Part shown: piece by piece, positions 1 to 12,510 of the stretch
How the letters are laid out: every line of letters begins with the position of its first letter
How positions within the stretch are numbered: position 1 is the stretch's first letter
Assembly: GCA_040954595.2 (NCBI GenBank)
Contig: CM082589.2
Span: 9,002,894-9,066,893, forward strand
Source: Balanoglossus misakiensis
Taxonomy: Eukaryota; Animalia; Hemichordata
DNA: 64,000 bases
Direction: 5' to 3'
The notes under the pieces: model-generated
Database searches by the model: none
Told to the model about the DNA's origin: nothing
What the model saw: the letters and a program-made list of their open reading frames with translations, nothing else
Made by a program: the position numbers and the translations under genes

Positions 1-180
1 CTTGCCGCCCCCCCCCCCCAGCCGTAAAAACTGAACAGTCCCTTATGTATGTATGCAATTATGTGTGTGTTTGTGTATGTATCTTTGTTCTCTACAAAAA
101 ACTTTAAATATGTGTAAGATCTGTATTTGGTATAGAGGTGCATTATCACTTATCAGTTATATTTTACTTTCCAGTTCCAG

Positions 181-240
181 GCTTTTTGGTGGTGGGTGCT
201 GGTCATTGTTGTGTCACTTGCAGTGATGTGTTGTGTTTTT
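181..240 (+). CDS. Internal exon encoding a transmembrane helix (AFWWWVLVIVVSLAVMCCVF); upstream exons lie outside the window
   Basis: Polypyrimidine acceptor ttttactttccagttccag ending at 180, GTAAGT donor at 241, hydrophobic 20-aa frame that joins exon 560-756 in phase 0. Confidence 0.6.
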
Positions 241-277
241 GTAAGTATGCACATTAAATGTATGTATATATGTACAT

Positions 278-336
278 GTATGTATGTATGTATGTATGTA
301 TGGATGGATGGATGGATGGATGGATGGATGGATGGA
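278..336. repeat. Compound microsatellite (TATG)n(TGGA)n
   Basis: Read directly from the sequence. Confidence 0.95.
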
Positions 337-559
337 TCTTGTGTGGTGCACCTGACTTTGACAGTACCTGTGTGCGAACATTAGAAGCAGCCATCCTGGG
401 CATGGCTGACCAGAAATTTGTGCAAGATGGCGGCCAGTAACTGACCCTTGCCTTTTAGCTGGCACAGCCAGCAGTGGGAATGGGGCAGGGGAGCAGGCAA
501 GACACTGGAAACATTTCTTCTACAGGCAATGTTTAAAGCTTGTTTTGTTTTTTCCTCAG

Positions 560-756
560 GTTCAGCACAAGCACATTAAAGAGAAAAAGTTAACAATGGA
601 AGAACTTGCAGAGATGTATAGCAGCCAGAAAATGATCCTTCTGAGGAAACAAGAACGGCTACAAATCCAATTAGAATGGATTTCACAAAACGAGGCAATG
701 TTACATGATTTTACGAAACTGGCCGATACTTTCAAGACATTGGAGCAGGAGACAAG
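560..756 (+). CDS. Internal exon, charged helical/coiled-coil-like cytoplasmic segment (VQHKHIKEKKLTMEELAE...LEQET)
   Basis: Acceptor tttttcctcag (AG 558-559), donor AG|GTAGGT at 757, open frame, ends in phase 2. Confidence 0.7.
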
Positions 757-1602
757 GTAGGTGTGGCGTACACTTGTATGTGTAAAGTTGAATATATCGC
801 AGTACATGATCCTTCAGTGGCACCTTTGTGAGAACAAAAATTAAGCGGTCTAATTATGTGGTCAGAACTATAATATTCACATTTTATATTTTGCACAATT
901 TTCATTTCAATCAGAGCGCACTCATATTATTTGCACATTGTACATGTGGTATCTCATGACAGTAGTCATCATGTACCGCATGACTGGTTGGCCCAGTCTC
1001 AAGCAGTTCAAAAATAATGTACACTCAAAAGAAATATGGTCTTAGAGTTTTTGTGCCAACCAAAATGAAACGGTTTAATTATGTGGAAGTCATTTTGTCA
1101 ACAGTCACTCAGTGTAAAAAAAGAAATTAAAGCAGTGAAAATGCTCTGAGTACGTCGACAGAGTTGCATCACCCAGGAAAAACGAAGTCGTCAAAATGCG
1201 CCCAAATGACAAATAAAGTGGTCTGGCTGCAAATCGCCTCAGCCAAATTTTGTATAAATTGGGTCCATATAAATGAAAATTGCGTCCACCAAAATTGAAA
1301 AGGTGTCTGCAAATATTATAGTAGTTCTGACCCAGAATTTGAATTGTGGTTGGCGTGTAGGGGCCAATATGGTCCATTGCATTTTCTCATTAGGGGCCAC
1401 CCCTGTTTGTATGTATATTGGCCAGACTTTTGAAAACAACATATTTGGATCAAACCACCAATGTGGTGAAAGAAGTAAATGAACAGCATTGAAGAGTTAT
1501 GTGTCCTTTAAATTGCGTCTTTTTCAATAATGTCTTAGCTTTCATTTGTATGTGTGTATATACCAAGAATGTGGCAGTTTCTTGAAGAGGGTGCACATAC
1601 GT

Positions 1603-2374
1603 CAGGCCTCGATAATTCCTATCGCCCGACGCCCGTGGCAAGTGTATTTTTAGCCCGGACAAGTGAAAAATAAAAGTCTTTTGTCCGACGGGCAAGTGAC
1701 CTTACCCTGTACTAAACTTGCGAGATCGTGGTTTACACCATGGTGATTACTTGTACCGTCTGCCAAGTACAATGGATGACCTTACGACCTTTATCTACAA
1801 AGTTGCAAACTTAGTTTATGGACGCCGACGCATTTGACTTAGATACATTTTAGTTTTTACCTACAACATTGTAACATGCTGATGGCCTATGAGACTAGGG
1901 CCTATGCTTAAACAGCTGCTTCTGAAACCATGCTGAAACTGACTGATCGCCACCATAGGTATCAGCAGTCCTAGGTTTTGTTGAAAAGACATCTTCTGAT
2001 GGGAGTTTCAATATAGATTTCACTGCATATTTCTGGATTTAGACTGGGTTAAGACAGTATTATTCCTATTGCATGCTTACATCAAAGGGTCACACACATG
2101 CCCATTCAAGGAGGGGCATTTTATTTTTCAATTCAAATATGTCTTGGATTTATAGAATTTTTTGACATATTGCCACTTTTTAGCTTGGAAATTCTTATGA
2201 ATTTTTCAAAGGCCAATATTGCAGTATTGCACATGCACGCCGAAATACACATACTGTATGCATATGAAAAAATTGTCAAATTGAAGGGCAAGTGTAATTT
2301 TCTGAAGGACAAGTGAAATTGTAAAGTCACTTGCCCTGTGGCAAGTGACTTTGTGAAAAAATTTTCGAGGCCTG
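1603..2374. mobile_element. Non-autonomous TIR element with CAGG termini and 6-bp TSD (hAT6-like)
   Basis: Starts caggcctcgataatt, ends aattttcgaggcctg, ATACGT directly on both sides, subterminal ggcaagtg/ggacaagtg repeats at both ends. Confidence 0.75.
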
Positions 2375-2473
2375 ATACGTGTCTAACAATTTTGGAAATC
2401 AATGAAAATAACCCGTAAATTGCTGAAATATGAGTCAGTTTGAGCCCATGAGTCTTGTGCATACTATCAACTA

Positions 2474-2654
2474 CTGTGGAACAGGTTATTTAGCGAGCAA
2501 TAAATTTAAGCGAAATATGGGAAAGCAAAAAATACGCGAAATATAGTTGTGAAAGAACAATGTGCATGAGAACGCGAAAATTAATTCTCGCGTAACAGTG
2601 GCCTCTCTCGATATCGCGAACAATTTCAACTCGCAAAAATAACTTGTTTTACAG
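2474..2654. mobile_element. MITE flanked by TA
   Basis: ta|ctgtggaacaggttatttagcgag ... ctcgcaaaaataacttgttttacag|ta, imperfect ~25-bp TIR. Confidence 0.7.
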
Positions 2655-2690
2655 TATCTCTAATGTTGTAATGTCTTGGGGTTCTTTCAG

Positions 2691-2802
2691 CTGGGATAAT
2701 CTGCAGCATGAAAAAACCAAGAACGAGTACCACCAACAATTCGAACAAATGAATGAGGCACTGACCGCTTTCAGCCAAAAAGCAAGAGCGTTGAAAACGT
2801 AG
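2691..2802 (+). CDS. Terminal coding exon (S-WDNLQHEKTKNEYHQQFEQMNEALTAFSQKARALKT*)
   Basis: Acceptor gttctttcag (AG 2689-2690); phase-2 join with exon 560-756 keeps the frame open to TAG at 2800-2802. Confidence 0.65.
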
Positions 2803-3971
2803 TGGAAAGATGCTGCTGAAAGGTATAGTGAATCTTGACCCCCGTGTGACCTTTACATCCTGGCATTTTGTTGGCATGATTTAATCATTTTGAGTTTGAA
2901 CTGTGAATCAGCCAACCTTACACACTGAATCTGTGCATATAGTTGTAAATCATCCCAAAACAAAATGTTGTGTGTAATGTTGAAACATGTGCCAACAAGA
3001 CACGGGTGTTTCTAAAACTTGTAATGAGCAGAACCTACAGTAATGACCAATGATGACCTTGAAATAGATAGAATGATTGATAAGGAGCAATAATGACCAA
3101 AAATTTGGTCAAAACTCAGTAACTGAACAACTACTAGTCAGATTGATTTGCAAATTTGTGTGTATTTACCAGTACTCTATTCCTGAAGAAGAAAAGATAA
3201 ATTGTTCATCGGAATCACTGCTTATTCTACTTTGGCTGTTTTGGAATTTTTTTTTTGGATTGTGGCAAAATCTTACTTCTGCATTACAAATATTCTTAGT
3301 ACTGCCTTTGGTGGCGCCCTACACTTTCTCATGTGTTCACGGGCAAAGCATTTTGAATTAGACTTCCAACTTGTTTTGAGTGAGTTGAGCGCCAACACGT
3401 TGTTGTGATGTAAATATTTGGCAAATGACAATTCAAAGGGGGTAGATTTGGGCAGAAATTTCTTCGTTCTATTAGTAAAGGTTGGTTCATGTCACATAAT
3501 GAGTATTAACCAACATTCGACGTGACAGCGAACATTTAGTTTCAAAGTTCAGTGATTTGTTTAACAAGATTGTGACAGCAGATGGTTGGTGCATCTGGTT
3601 GAATGAAAATTGCATCGAAAGTGTATAAAAATTATGACAGCGACAAAACACATGGTTGCGTTGATGTTTAAATACGATCTGACGTGTCAGTCTACAGCGA
3701 GTTCAACATGAATTTTGCAGTGTTCAGTGTGTCAAATAAGACAATCAATTTGCACACGAAGCCATTCCGTCTACTTCCGCTACCGCACCATCTGATACTG
3801 ACGGCCACATTCAAAATGCGTTTTTGATCACTGATGTCCACTTTTACTGAAGTCGATCTGCCTGACAATAGATGTTTCCCAATAGCTATTACAATGATAA
3901 TATTCAGCTGTTTGACGAACTTGGTGCAGACTGTAACAAATTAGACATGGCTACCGTGGCCAGAATAATAG

Positions 3972-4349
3972 AATCTCACACACCCAAGGACCTGGGATCA
4001 TATTTCTCGCTAGAGTTGGGGATTTTCTGTCTGAGGAGTGTGAGAAATATGATCCCAGGTCCTTGGTGTGTGAGATTATATTTCTCACACAGCCACAATT
4101 TAGCCAAATTCGTTAAAAAATTGAATAAACGACTCTGGAACTGTAGTCTAGGCACGTTGAAGTCTCTGTCCCTGTAATACACATCGCGTCATTGGATAAA
4201 ATTTAGTGCGCGTTTGCAAAAGAACGCTTTGTCAACCAATCAGCGCGAGCGTCAGATACAGCTTTCGATTCAGTGAAAGTGTGGGATCAATTTGTTCTCA
4301 CACTCCCAGTGTGCCAGGAGTGTGAGAACAGTGTGCGTAGTGAGAGATA
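3972..4349. mobile_element. Double-hairpin non-autonomous element (two adjacent inverted-repeat modules)
   Basis: aatctcacacacccaaggacctgggatcatatttctc pairs with gagaaatatgatcccaggtccttggtgtgtgagatt (3972-4077); second module tatttctcac...gtgagagata (4079-4349) has an internal hairpin at 4293-4330. Confidence 0.55.
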
Positions 4350-5400
4350 GTCTGTACAGTGTTGTTAGACCATCGTGTAGAATGTGTAGAGACAGTAAAG
4401 AGGCCAAGACATGGGGCCAAAGTAAAATGAAAAAAAAAAACTCAGATGCCAGATCCCACCAGGACAATATTAAAGAATAATACTTAATTGTTGGATTTCA
4501 GTGATTTGCTGTGCATTTTATTTTATTCTGAGAGCATGTAGAAATACTCAGAATATGTTGTGCAAACACCAACTGTATATATAATGGCCTGTTTTTTTTG
4601 GTTGGGAAATGCAGTATTGAATTCAGTTACAAATACTGTACATGTATCAGAGATATTTCTGGTAAAAAGCAAAACAATTATCTCGCATTGTCTGCATTTG
4701 TGCAAATATGCCAGAGAACTGGATTTACCTTCTGCCTAAAAACATTTAAAAAAATTTTTCGCTCACCACTTCTGGAACAAGGTCCAAAAAAATCAATGCA
4801 CAACATTTAAAGTATGCGAAAACAAACCAACACTCGAGCACAAATACCATGAACATCAAACCAGCGTGAACGAAGTCGACGATGACTTTTTTCCAGCAAT
4901 GATATGAAATTAAACAACTGTTTAGTTCCATGAAAACGGTCATGATAATTGACACTGATTGCATAACTTCAGATGACTATACGGGTATAATATGAAATTG
5001 GAAACGATCAGCATTTCCACAGTATTTGTGATTACCCATTCTGTCTATTTCTAGGATGTTATTGGTCATTACTGCAAGTTTCTGCTCATTACTGCTCGTT
5101 ACAAGTTTTACAAACACCCAGAAGTCATTTAGAAAGGCACAAAATAACAAGTCCATAAAAAACTGAGCATGAGTCATTGTCATGTAGCCTGCATAAAGTA
5201 AAACTTGATGGATTCTTACACAATTTGCATTACCTGGCATGTGTACTGCAAAGACAATGCCTGGAGTTATAGAGGGTGTTTGATCGCGGGAATTTGTCTT
5301 TTGTGTCACATGCAGTTAAATTACTCCTCATTGTCACCACCACCCCTAGCTCATCATTTAAATTTTCCTGTACGGCATCTGTTTGCTTTTTTCAGATACG

Positions 5401-5680
5401 AGAAACTAGATTCTGGGCTGCAGGATGGTGGAGATTGATCTCTATGCCACCATAGCAGTTTGAAGTCTGACTACCAATAGTACCATGCAGAAACTAGATG
5501 CTGGTTTGCAGGATGGAGAACACTGATCTGTGTGCCAACTGGCAGATTGAAGTCCGACTACCATTAGTACCATGCAGAAACTAGATGCTGCGTTGCAGGA
5601 TGGCAGAGATTGATCTGTATGCCACCATAGCAGAGGAATGCTGCAAGATGATTTGGACCAGAAGTCCAACTACCATGCAG
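5401..5680. repeat. Diverged minisatellite, ~87-bp unit, ~3 copies
   Basis: agaaactaga recurs at 5401, 5489 and 5576 with conserved gcaggatgg and taccatgcag blocks. Confidence 0.85.
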
Positions 5681-6559
5681 TCTCCATGATGACTCATCTG
5701 TCAACAGAGGTCCGTAGACGCATGGACTCCCAGCTTGCAGTGCTTACGGTAGTTTTGGGGGCATCCCAGCCATGCATTTTTATATATTTGTGTAAATTTA
5801 GTTAATTTTGGTGTACACATCTGTATTTGAACAGTTTATTTAATTAGGTATATTAAGTTATTTTGTTAGTTGTTACTTGTAGTTATAGTTAGTTATAATA
5901 TAGTATAGTTATAGGGTATTTATGTTTGTTTGTTTGTTTGTTTGTTTGTGTGGTGTAAGTGTGTGTGTCATTCAAAGTGTAGGGTACCTGTTTATAATAC
6001 CACGGTCACACAGGTAAAAATTTGAAACATTTCGGAGATACTATTTGCCTTTTGTAAACACAGAGAATTAATCCTTTGAGTCGCTTGTGTCCACACACAC
6101 AAAGTTTATGTATAGGCGCTGAGGCTTGGCCCCATAGATAATGGGTTGTGGAGAGGTGTTAATCCTTACATCAGGTCTGGTTGCCAAAACCGTCTCAAAA
6201 TTGATAACCAGTGATTCAAATTGCCCATTTGACATCAAACCTTCAATATTCAGAAAAGATGTCAATTTTCTATGAGTTACAATTATTGTTTTCATAATGT
6301 ACAGAAAAGTTTACATTGGATCACTTAGTCATTCCGCCATTCGTTTTCTTTGATTTTGAATATATCTAGTTTTGTTTACACTTCCCTGACTGTGTGCTTT
6401 ACGATAAAGTATACACTTTACGTCAGGGGTACCATGTGCAAATGTCCACTACCGAGCTTGGAGTAAGAATTCTTGAGCATTCAGAAAAAAAAATCTCTGC
6501 ATTCAGAATGTTTTTTATCTCTGTCATTCAATTTTGATTTTGATTATATCTAATTTGTT

Positions 6560-7090
6560 TACACATGGTTCCATGACTGTGTGTTTTACGATACACATTT
6601 TCATTGATTTGTTTCACAATATAATCTAATGTGGATGTTGGTCCATATTGGATGGTATTGTGACGTGTTGTTTGCAGTGAGGTTTGATACAGCTCCCAGC
6701 AGACGCCACTTTGTGTGAATTTCTTCACGTCATCGCCAATTTGTCACTTTTGTGGGTTATTTGTTTGGTGTTATGATTTCGCCCCTTTAACTGTCGATCC
6801 AGTAGAGACAGTGTCATTAGCAATGGATTGCCTTGCATAACTTGATGAGGAGAGTCCATGGAAAGTCAGTTTTATTCAAGAACTAGATTAGGCGGAGGCT
6901 TGGAAGACTAAATCGTAGAATTTGTAATGATAACTGTTGACCCTTTGATACAAGGTGTCTGTAAAGAATTTGGAGTCGCTTTGAGATAAAAATTCAGAAA
7001 ATGTGGACCATGACATTGAGAGTTCGTCCCTACAATGATTGGAAGTCTTCTTTCACGTTCAAAAAACATGTGCTAATTATAGAACATACG
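6560..7090 (-). pseudogene. Decayed coding-like relic, paralogous to 17690-18200
   Basis: Shared translated blocks RLP.I.GT, FL..T.FP, KFTQS..CWELY and HNTIQY; frameshifts and stops. Confidence 0.45.
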
Positions 7091-7559
7091 TATTAAGAGA
7101 GTATGTTGAACAACATCTTTGGAGAACATATAAACAGAGTATACTGCTTTGTATTGTCTTGTTAGCCTTTGTGTAAATTACAGGCTCTTGCTTCTAATAC
7201 TTGTGCCAAACATTTTGCTACACCCATAGTGGGTGTATGGTTTGGGTGCTACTTCTACTTTCATACTCCTATGGCCCATGTGTGTCCTGACTTCAATATT
7301 GCAGAATCTTGTATTAGAAATGCAGCTTTATGAGGCATGGAGCCACCGGCCCAGCTGTAGTATTTGCAACCTTGTCCACTTTAGCATTGGTTCGTATTTA
7401 CATATTATAACTGCTGTCTTGAAATCTAGCAGTATCACTTGAGGGAGGTTAGTAGCATTGTGCTGAGAACACTTGTTCAGTAACTCTTGGAGTCTATAAA
7501 GTGAATTATTTTGCTCCTATAGTGGAATATTTCAGCAGATTTCCCACTCCAACAGACAA

Positions 7560-8480
7560 AAAAGGGTATTTATCCCCATCACTGATTTTACCGAATATGG
7601 AAGTGAATGGCGGATGATCTGTAACAGACATGCTCTATCACACTGCCGACTTCTGCACCGGGGCTTCTGGGATACAGCTATGTCACATATATACCCCTAT
7701 TCATCGGAGGCAAGTGTCTAGCATGCCATTTGGGGATGCTGCAATCATGGATCACCACAGGGTCCCACCCTGGAGGACAGTTCAACTTGGCATTCAGCTC
7801 ACAAGGCAGTAATGTGTACTTATAGCAAATGGGTTTCCCAATGGCTGCCCATATGCGATGTCTGTTTAATTTTTAGCAGTTGTCAGAATTCCTTCTTCCT
7901 TGCCGCAAGTGGCATACTATTCTTTCCACATTACGAAAGTATCATTTGATAGGTTACCGGTATACATGTACATGTGCGTGTACGTATGATATTATGGAGG
8001 TGCAGGCAACACCTGTGGGGTATACGTCCACCTGTGATCACTAAGATACATCTTTCAGCTAGTATACAGCCTCTGATCATAGTGATCATCTTCCTTGTGT
8101 CATTACTATTGAAACACACCATTTACCGGTGTTGTCTTTGATATCTCTGATATTGTCAGCTCTGTCAAGTTGTGGGCAGCTTCATCTATCTGAGACTGGT
8201 CATCTGAACTTCATGACAACTTTTTTACCATGGGATCTTATGGATATTGCTCAGGCCAAATCACTCAAGTGTAAAAATGTTTCCATCAAAGACGTTACAC
8301 ATTGGGGACATGCCTCAAAATGCAGTGAAATGTATGGTGACAATCACCTGACAACCTTCGTGCTTCACTACAAGTCTTGATTTGCATCAGACCATTTTTC
8401 TGCATGCCTGGCAGTCCAGTGTCGTGGGAATTAACCCCTGTACATAAAACTGAGCTTCATGCAGTTCTGTCTTTTACTAT
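7560..8480 (-). mobile_element. Heavily decayed Gypsy-like pol remnant
   Basis: Minus-strand TDHPPFTSIFGK (RNase H TDHKPL-like) near 7590-7625 and scattered RT-like fragments upstream; many lesions. Confidence 0.4.
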
Positions 8481-9214
8481 ATCACCAGAAAGCACATAGC
8501 CTTATCCATTCAAGTAGTGTTAGTAGACAAGAACAGCCAATACCACATCAACCGACCAGGCACGAGCTCTGTTTAATTATTCTCTCAAATCCTTGTATTA
8601 CTCATGTACTCACTGGATCCTGTTCCTTCAGCCAATCCATTCGCAGTTTGCAATCTACATATGTATTAGTTTTCTTTTCTCTTTACTATTGTCTATGGTT
8701 CTTGGTATGTGTTGAGATGGTTTTAACAGCTGTGACTTATCTCTATTGGCGGAGGCCCGTCTGGCTGATTGGCATTTTCATGATACACACAATTTGAAAT
8801 AATGTCAAGGGAGCCAAGAAAAATACTTTGCCAGGAGGATGGGTCAGGTCAGAACACTCTATTCCTCAAAACTACTTTGAGCTAGACCTTCAACTCATGC
8901 TTTCAACCCTATGCTATCTTATAGCAGGCTCCCAGATCCACTTGTTTCTCACCATGTGATGACTATTTGTCCAGCCATGAATCATTGCTCCTCAGGAATT
9001 ATGAATAGTCAGGCCATTTTAGCAAGAGTGCAGTGGAGAGTGCATTGTACTTCACCAAGGCATATACTGGAGATCATGCCAGCTGAGGTGGATGGTATAT
9101 ATCTCACCAGGAGACCAATTTGCTTTATGCAGTTTGTTAGCTTAGATCTTTGTTCTTCTTAATCACGAAGCCCTCCTACTTTGGGACTACTGGATGCAGG
9201 CTATTACTAAGTAT

Positions 9215-9896
9215 GACACTGATGTCCACATCTACATGCAGTGTTTGTGTGGTGAGTACCTTAATTTGTACAGTACAGCAGTGGATCTTGGAGCACCTAT
9301 GAGGAACATAAGCTCAATACCCTTCCACATGTTCTGCCTGTGACGTATCCTGGATGTGAAATATCAAGACAAAGTTACTAACACCACTGTCCTGAAGAGA
9401 GTTGGAATTTCTAGCATGTACCTGGTACAGTCTGCTGAAGCAGAGACACAATACACTGGCTTGGCAATGTGCTCATAGATGATGGGTGGATCCTAAAAGA
9501 CCTCCTGTATGGCGAACTGACACTTAATGGCAAACAGACCTGACACTACACCACAGGGATGTTTGCAAAAGAGACACGAAGTCTCTGGACATCAACACAA
9601 ACTCTTGGGAGTCTAAAAATTAGCCTCAGACCGAATGACCTGAAGACAAGTGGTTGGCAACGGCTCTCCAACTTTGAAGAGACACTCGCCAGAATGTGCG
9701 GAGTCAAGAGACAGAGAAGAAAGGCATCAAGCCAGGCAAACAGCTCCTCCTAAGCCTTCACCTGTTTAAAGTATCAGAGAGACAGTCATTCTCACATTGG
9801 ATTGACTAGTCGCACCCAATGCTGTTCCAGATCTAGACCAGCATATCCCAGCATGAAGATCCAATTGATCTCTCAAGACTGAAGGATGCCAACTGA
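9215..9896 (+). mobile_element. RTE-clade LINE, decayed 3' fragment
   Basis: Fragments RILDVKYQDKVTNTTVLKRVGISSM, PKDLLYGEL and DVCKRD; RTE-like 3' end tctctcaagactgaaggatgcc. Confidence 0.7.
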
Positions 9897-10253
9897 ACGC
9901 ACCTCATCCGTACTGCTTCCACATTGTAGTACTGTTTCATCTAGTGGAACACACACTGAAGGCAATGTATTGAGCACTTCACCAGCTATCCCATACATCT
10001 TCATTATGAAGATGATTTCTTTACTTCTGTCTCACTTTAGAGAGGGGAAATTTACACAAAGGCTATTATTAGGGACAACTGAAGTATACTGTTTTTAGGA
10101 TAAAACTCTTCCATGAATGTGAGTGATGGTTTTCAAAAGTCACACAACCTATGAATCAAGGTGTTATAACCCACCTCATCTGACTTTGAAACAGACACAA
10201 AAGAAATGTTTACAACAACATCAAGAATAATATGTACAGACATGTACATGTAT

Positions 10254-11785
10254 CAGACCCACCAATAAGTATTTACACACCCACGTTCTGCAGTGAAAAT
10301 ATTTCAGAAACATGAAATAACACACCTTGCAGACAGTTTTTAGCAAAATTTCAAATATATTTCATAAATTCACGAGAAATAACAGTCATACAACAAAAAT
10401 CTTTCATCTGCGATTAAATTTGAGCGAGAAATATCGACGTAAAATAGATGTGCGACGGAGTCAGCGAAACATTCCATTCTCTTTGGGAACAACAATGCAA
10501 AGAACGTCATGAATATTCATCAGGTGAAATCGAACGAACCAAATGTCAATAATGGATATGTCCACCCCTTCGCCTAATGACCTCTCGCTGGTGCTTCGGC
10601 ATAGTATCGACGAGTTTGCGACACATATTTTGCAGGAATTGTTCCCAAGATGTTACTATGCGGTTAAAAAGGTCGTTGATGCTGTGTATTGGACGGGAAT
10701 GAACGTCCAAGTCGATTAACTCCCACAGGTTCGCGATGGGGCTCAAATCTGGAGACAAGGCTGGTCACTCCAACGTTGTAAAATTGTCGAACGGATAGCC
10801 GTAATCCTGGGGATTTTGCAGAAATGATTTCACATCCAAGGCAGTATGTTCGTGGGCATTATCCTGTTGGAACACAAAATCACAAACAACCTGGAACCAC
10901 TGAACAGGTGTCCAGTTGACGTAACGCGGGGCAAAACGTAGTCACGCTGCATTGTGCCGGGGTTGTAATTTCGGCTTTTTCTTGGCCACACATCCACGGA
11001 GTCTGACTCTTCTATACAATCGGGATTTGATTGTGCTCATACTCAAAAGTTTCCCGGTGTCCTCATGAAATTTAGCGCGGAGGTCACGGGCCGTCTTAAA
11101 TCTGTCCGTCAGACTTGATCTAATCAACATTCGGTCTTCACGTTCAGTTGTTTGCCTTGGCCGTCCAGATTGATGTAAATTGTCCGTGCTACCATTTCGA
11201 ACAAGTTTTCGAATGGTTTACCTGACGCTGCCTTCGGTGATTCCAAACTGCCTTGCAATTTCTCGGTTTCTCAAACCTTGCCTATGCAGTGACTCAATTT
11301 GACCTTTCACAAATTCAGGAAGTTCGTGAACTTTAAGCATGATTTCACTTATTCAATGTTTACAAACAAAAATTATGTAGCAACCTCAGACGACCTCAAT
11401 CAGAATATTCATAAGCAAATCTGGCAGATTTTCCCACCCTAAAATTTAATCAGAATTATATTTAAAAGCTCTGATTGGTGAAGATTTAAATATGAATAGA
11501 GGGAAATTAGCCACGGACACATTGGCGTGAAAAGTTAATAAGATGCAAATGAGATGTTATGAGAATACCGCCATTGCAATAACCACAGGAAATTTCACTG
11601 GCCGAAAAACACGCCGCGTATGCAGTCATATTCGGTGCAGCAACACAACTGCGTTGTCTAAAATGGGTTAAACCCTCCGTAGGTTATTTATTTTCGGAAA
11701 CAAGTTACAGTCGATCGATTTTGTGAATAATTTTTCATAGCTTACATTCATTGTCAAGGTGCGTAAATACTTATTGGCGGGTCTG
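10254..11785 (-). mobile_element. Tc1-like DNA transposon, inactive
   Basis: 28-bp TIRs cagacccaccaataagtatttacacacc / ggtgcgtaaatacttattggcgggtctg (2 mismatches), TA after the right end, internal transposase relic. Confidence 0.92.
10546..11340 (-). pseudogene. Tc1-type transposase pseudogene
   Basis: MLKVHEL...REIARQFGI (HTH), SGRPRQTT, VAKKKP, FVFQQDNA, SPDLSPIANLW, GGHIHY*; three in-frame stops, in-frame deletion of the first catalytic Asp region, E replaced by A. Confidence 0.9.
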
Positions 11786-12127
11786 TATATATAAAGCCTC
11801 TCTTAAGCCAGTGAATGAGACCTGTTATACTTGACAAATGAAAAATAACAGCATCTGGCAGTCATGCACACATGTTCACTTTTGTCATATAATGTAAAGC
11901 CAAACATAATTTCGCAAACAAATTTGCACTAGAGATTGTAGCATCCTGCAATGTGTTGCAAGTAAATTCGCTGAAAATATAATGTAATAGCTAGACACTC
12001 AAAAAATGAAATCATATGCTTTGTATGGAATGTTACGTTTGTCACAGACTACATGCATCGTCATGGTGACTGAAATTCAACAGCCATGCATCCATTTTCG
12101 CTGTTTATAAAAAAAAATTGCAATTAT

Positions 12128-12510
12128 CAGAGGTCGCGTTAACGCAAAAAATTATGTATATTTGATGCCAATATACTCATTTGACATAAAAATCTTAATA
12201 AGTGCATCAATATTGACGCATGGGAATGGCCTCTCTATTTGTACAATGGTCAACGTAAACCATACACATACCGCTGACTATCCCCTGGGATCAAAATAAT
12301 CACTTGCGTGCCCGAACTTACCGCTGACTATCCCCTGGGATCAAAATAATCACTTGCGTGCCCGAACTTTTGTACTCAAAATGTAGCTAATTTTGTTTGA
12401 TGAATTTTGAATTAGACATGTGTACGACGCAGGCTAAGTAAAAGGAGTTTACACATTTTTTTATGAATGCATCAAAAATACGCACTCAAAAAATGTTATC
12501 ACGACCTCTG
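12128..12510. mobile_element. hAT-like MITE containing an exact 50-bp tandem duplication (12269-12368)
   Basis: TIR cagaggtcgcgttaac / gttatcacgacctctg; flanks gcaattat vs tttattat match only partly. Confidence 0.6.

Noticed and set aside
196-465. ORFs with MYVC/MDGW/HPSI repeats (also 18554-18996, 23920-24108, 40343-40658)
   Set aside because: They are translations of microsatellites
4746-5309. Hydrophobic minus-strand ORFs with a DRF motif suggesting a GPCR relic
   Set aside because: No other GPCR motifs or convincing helix spacing; AT-rich DNA gives such frames by chance
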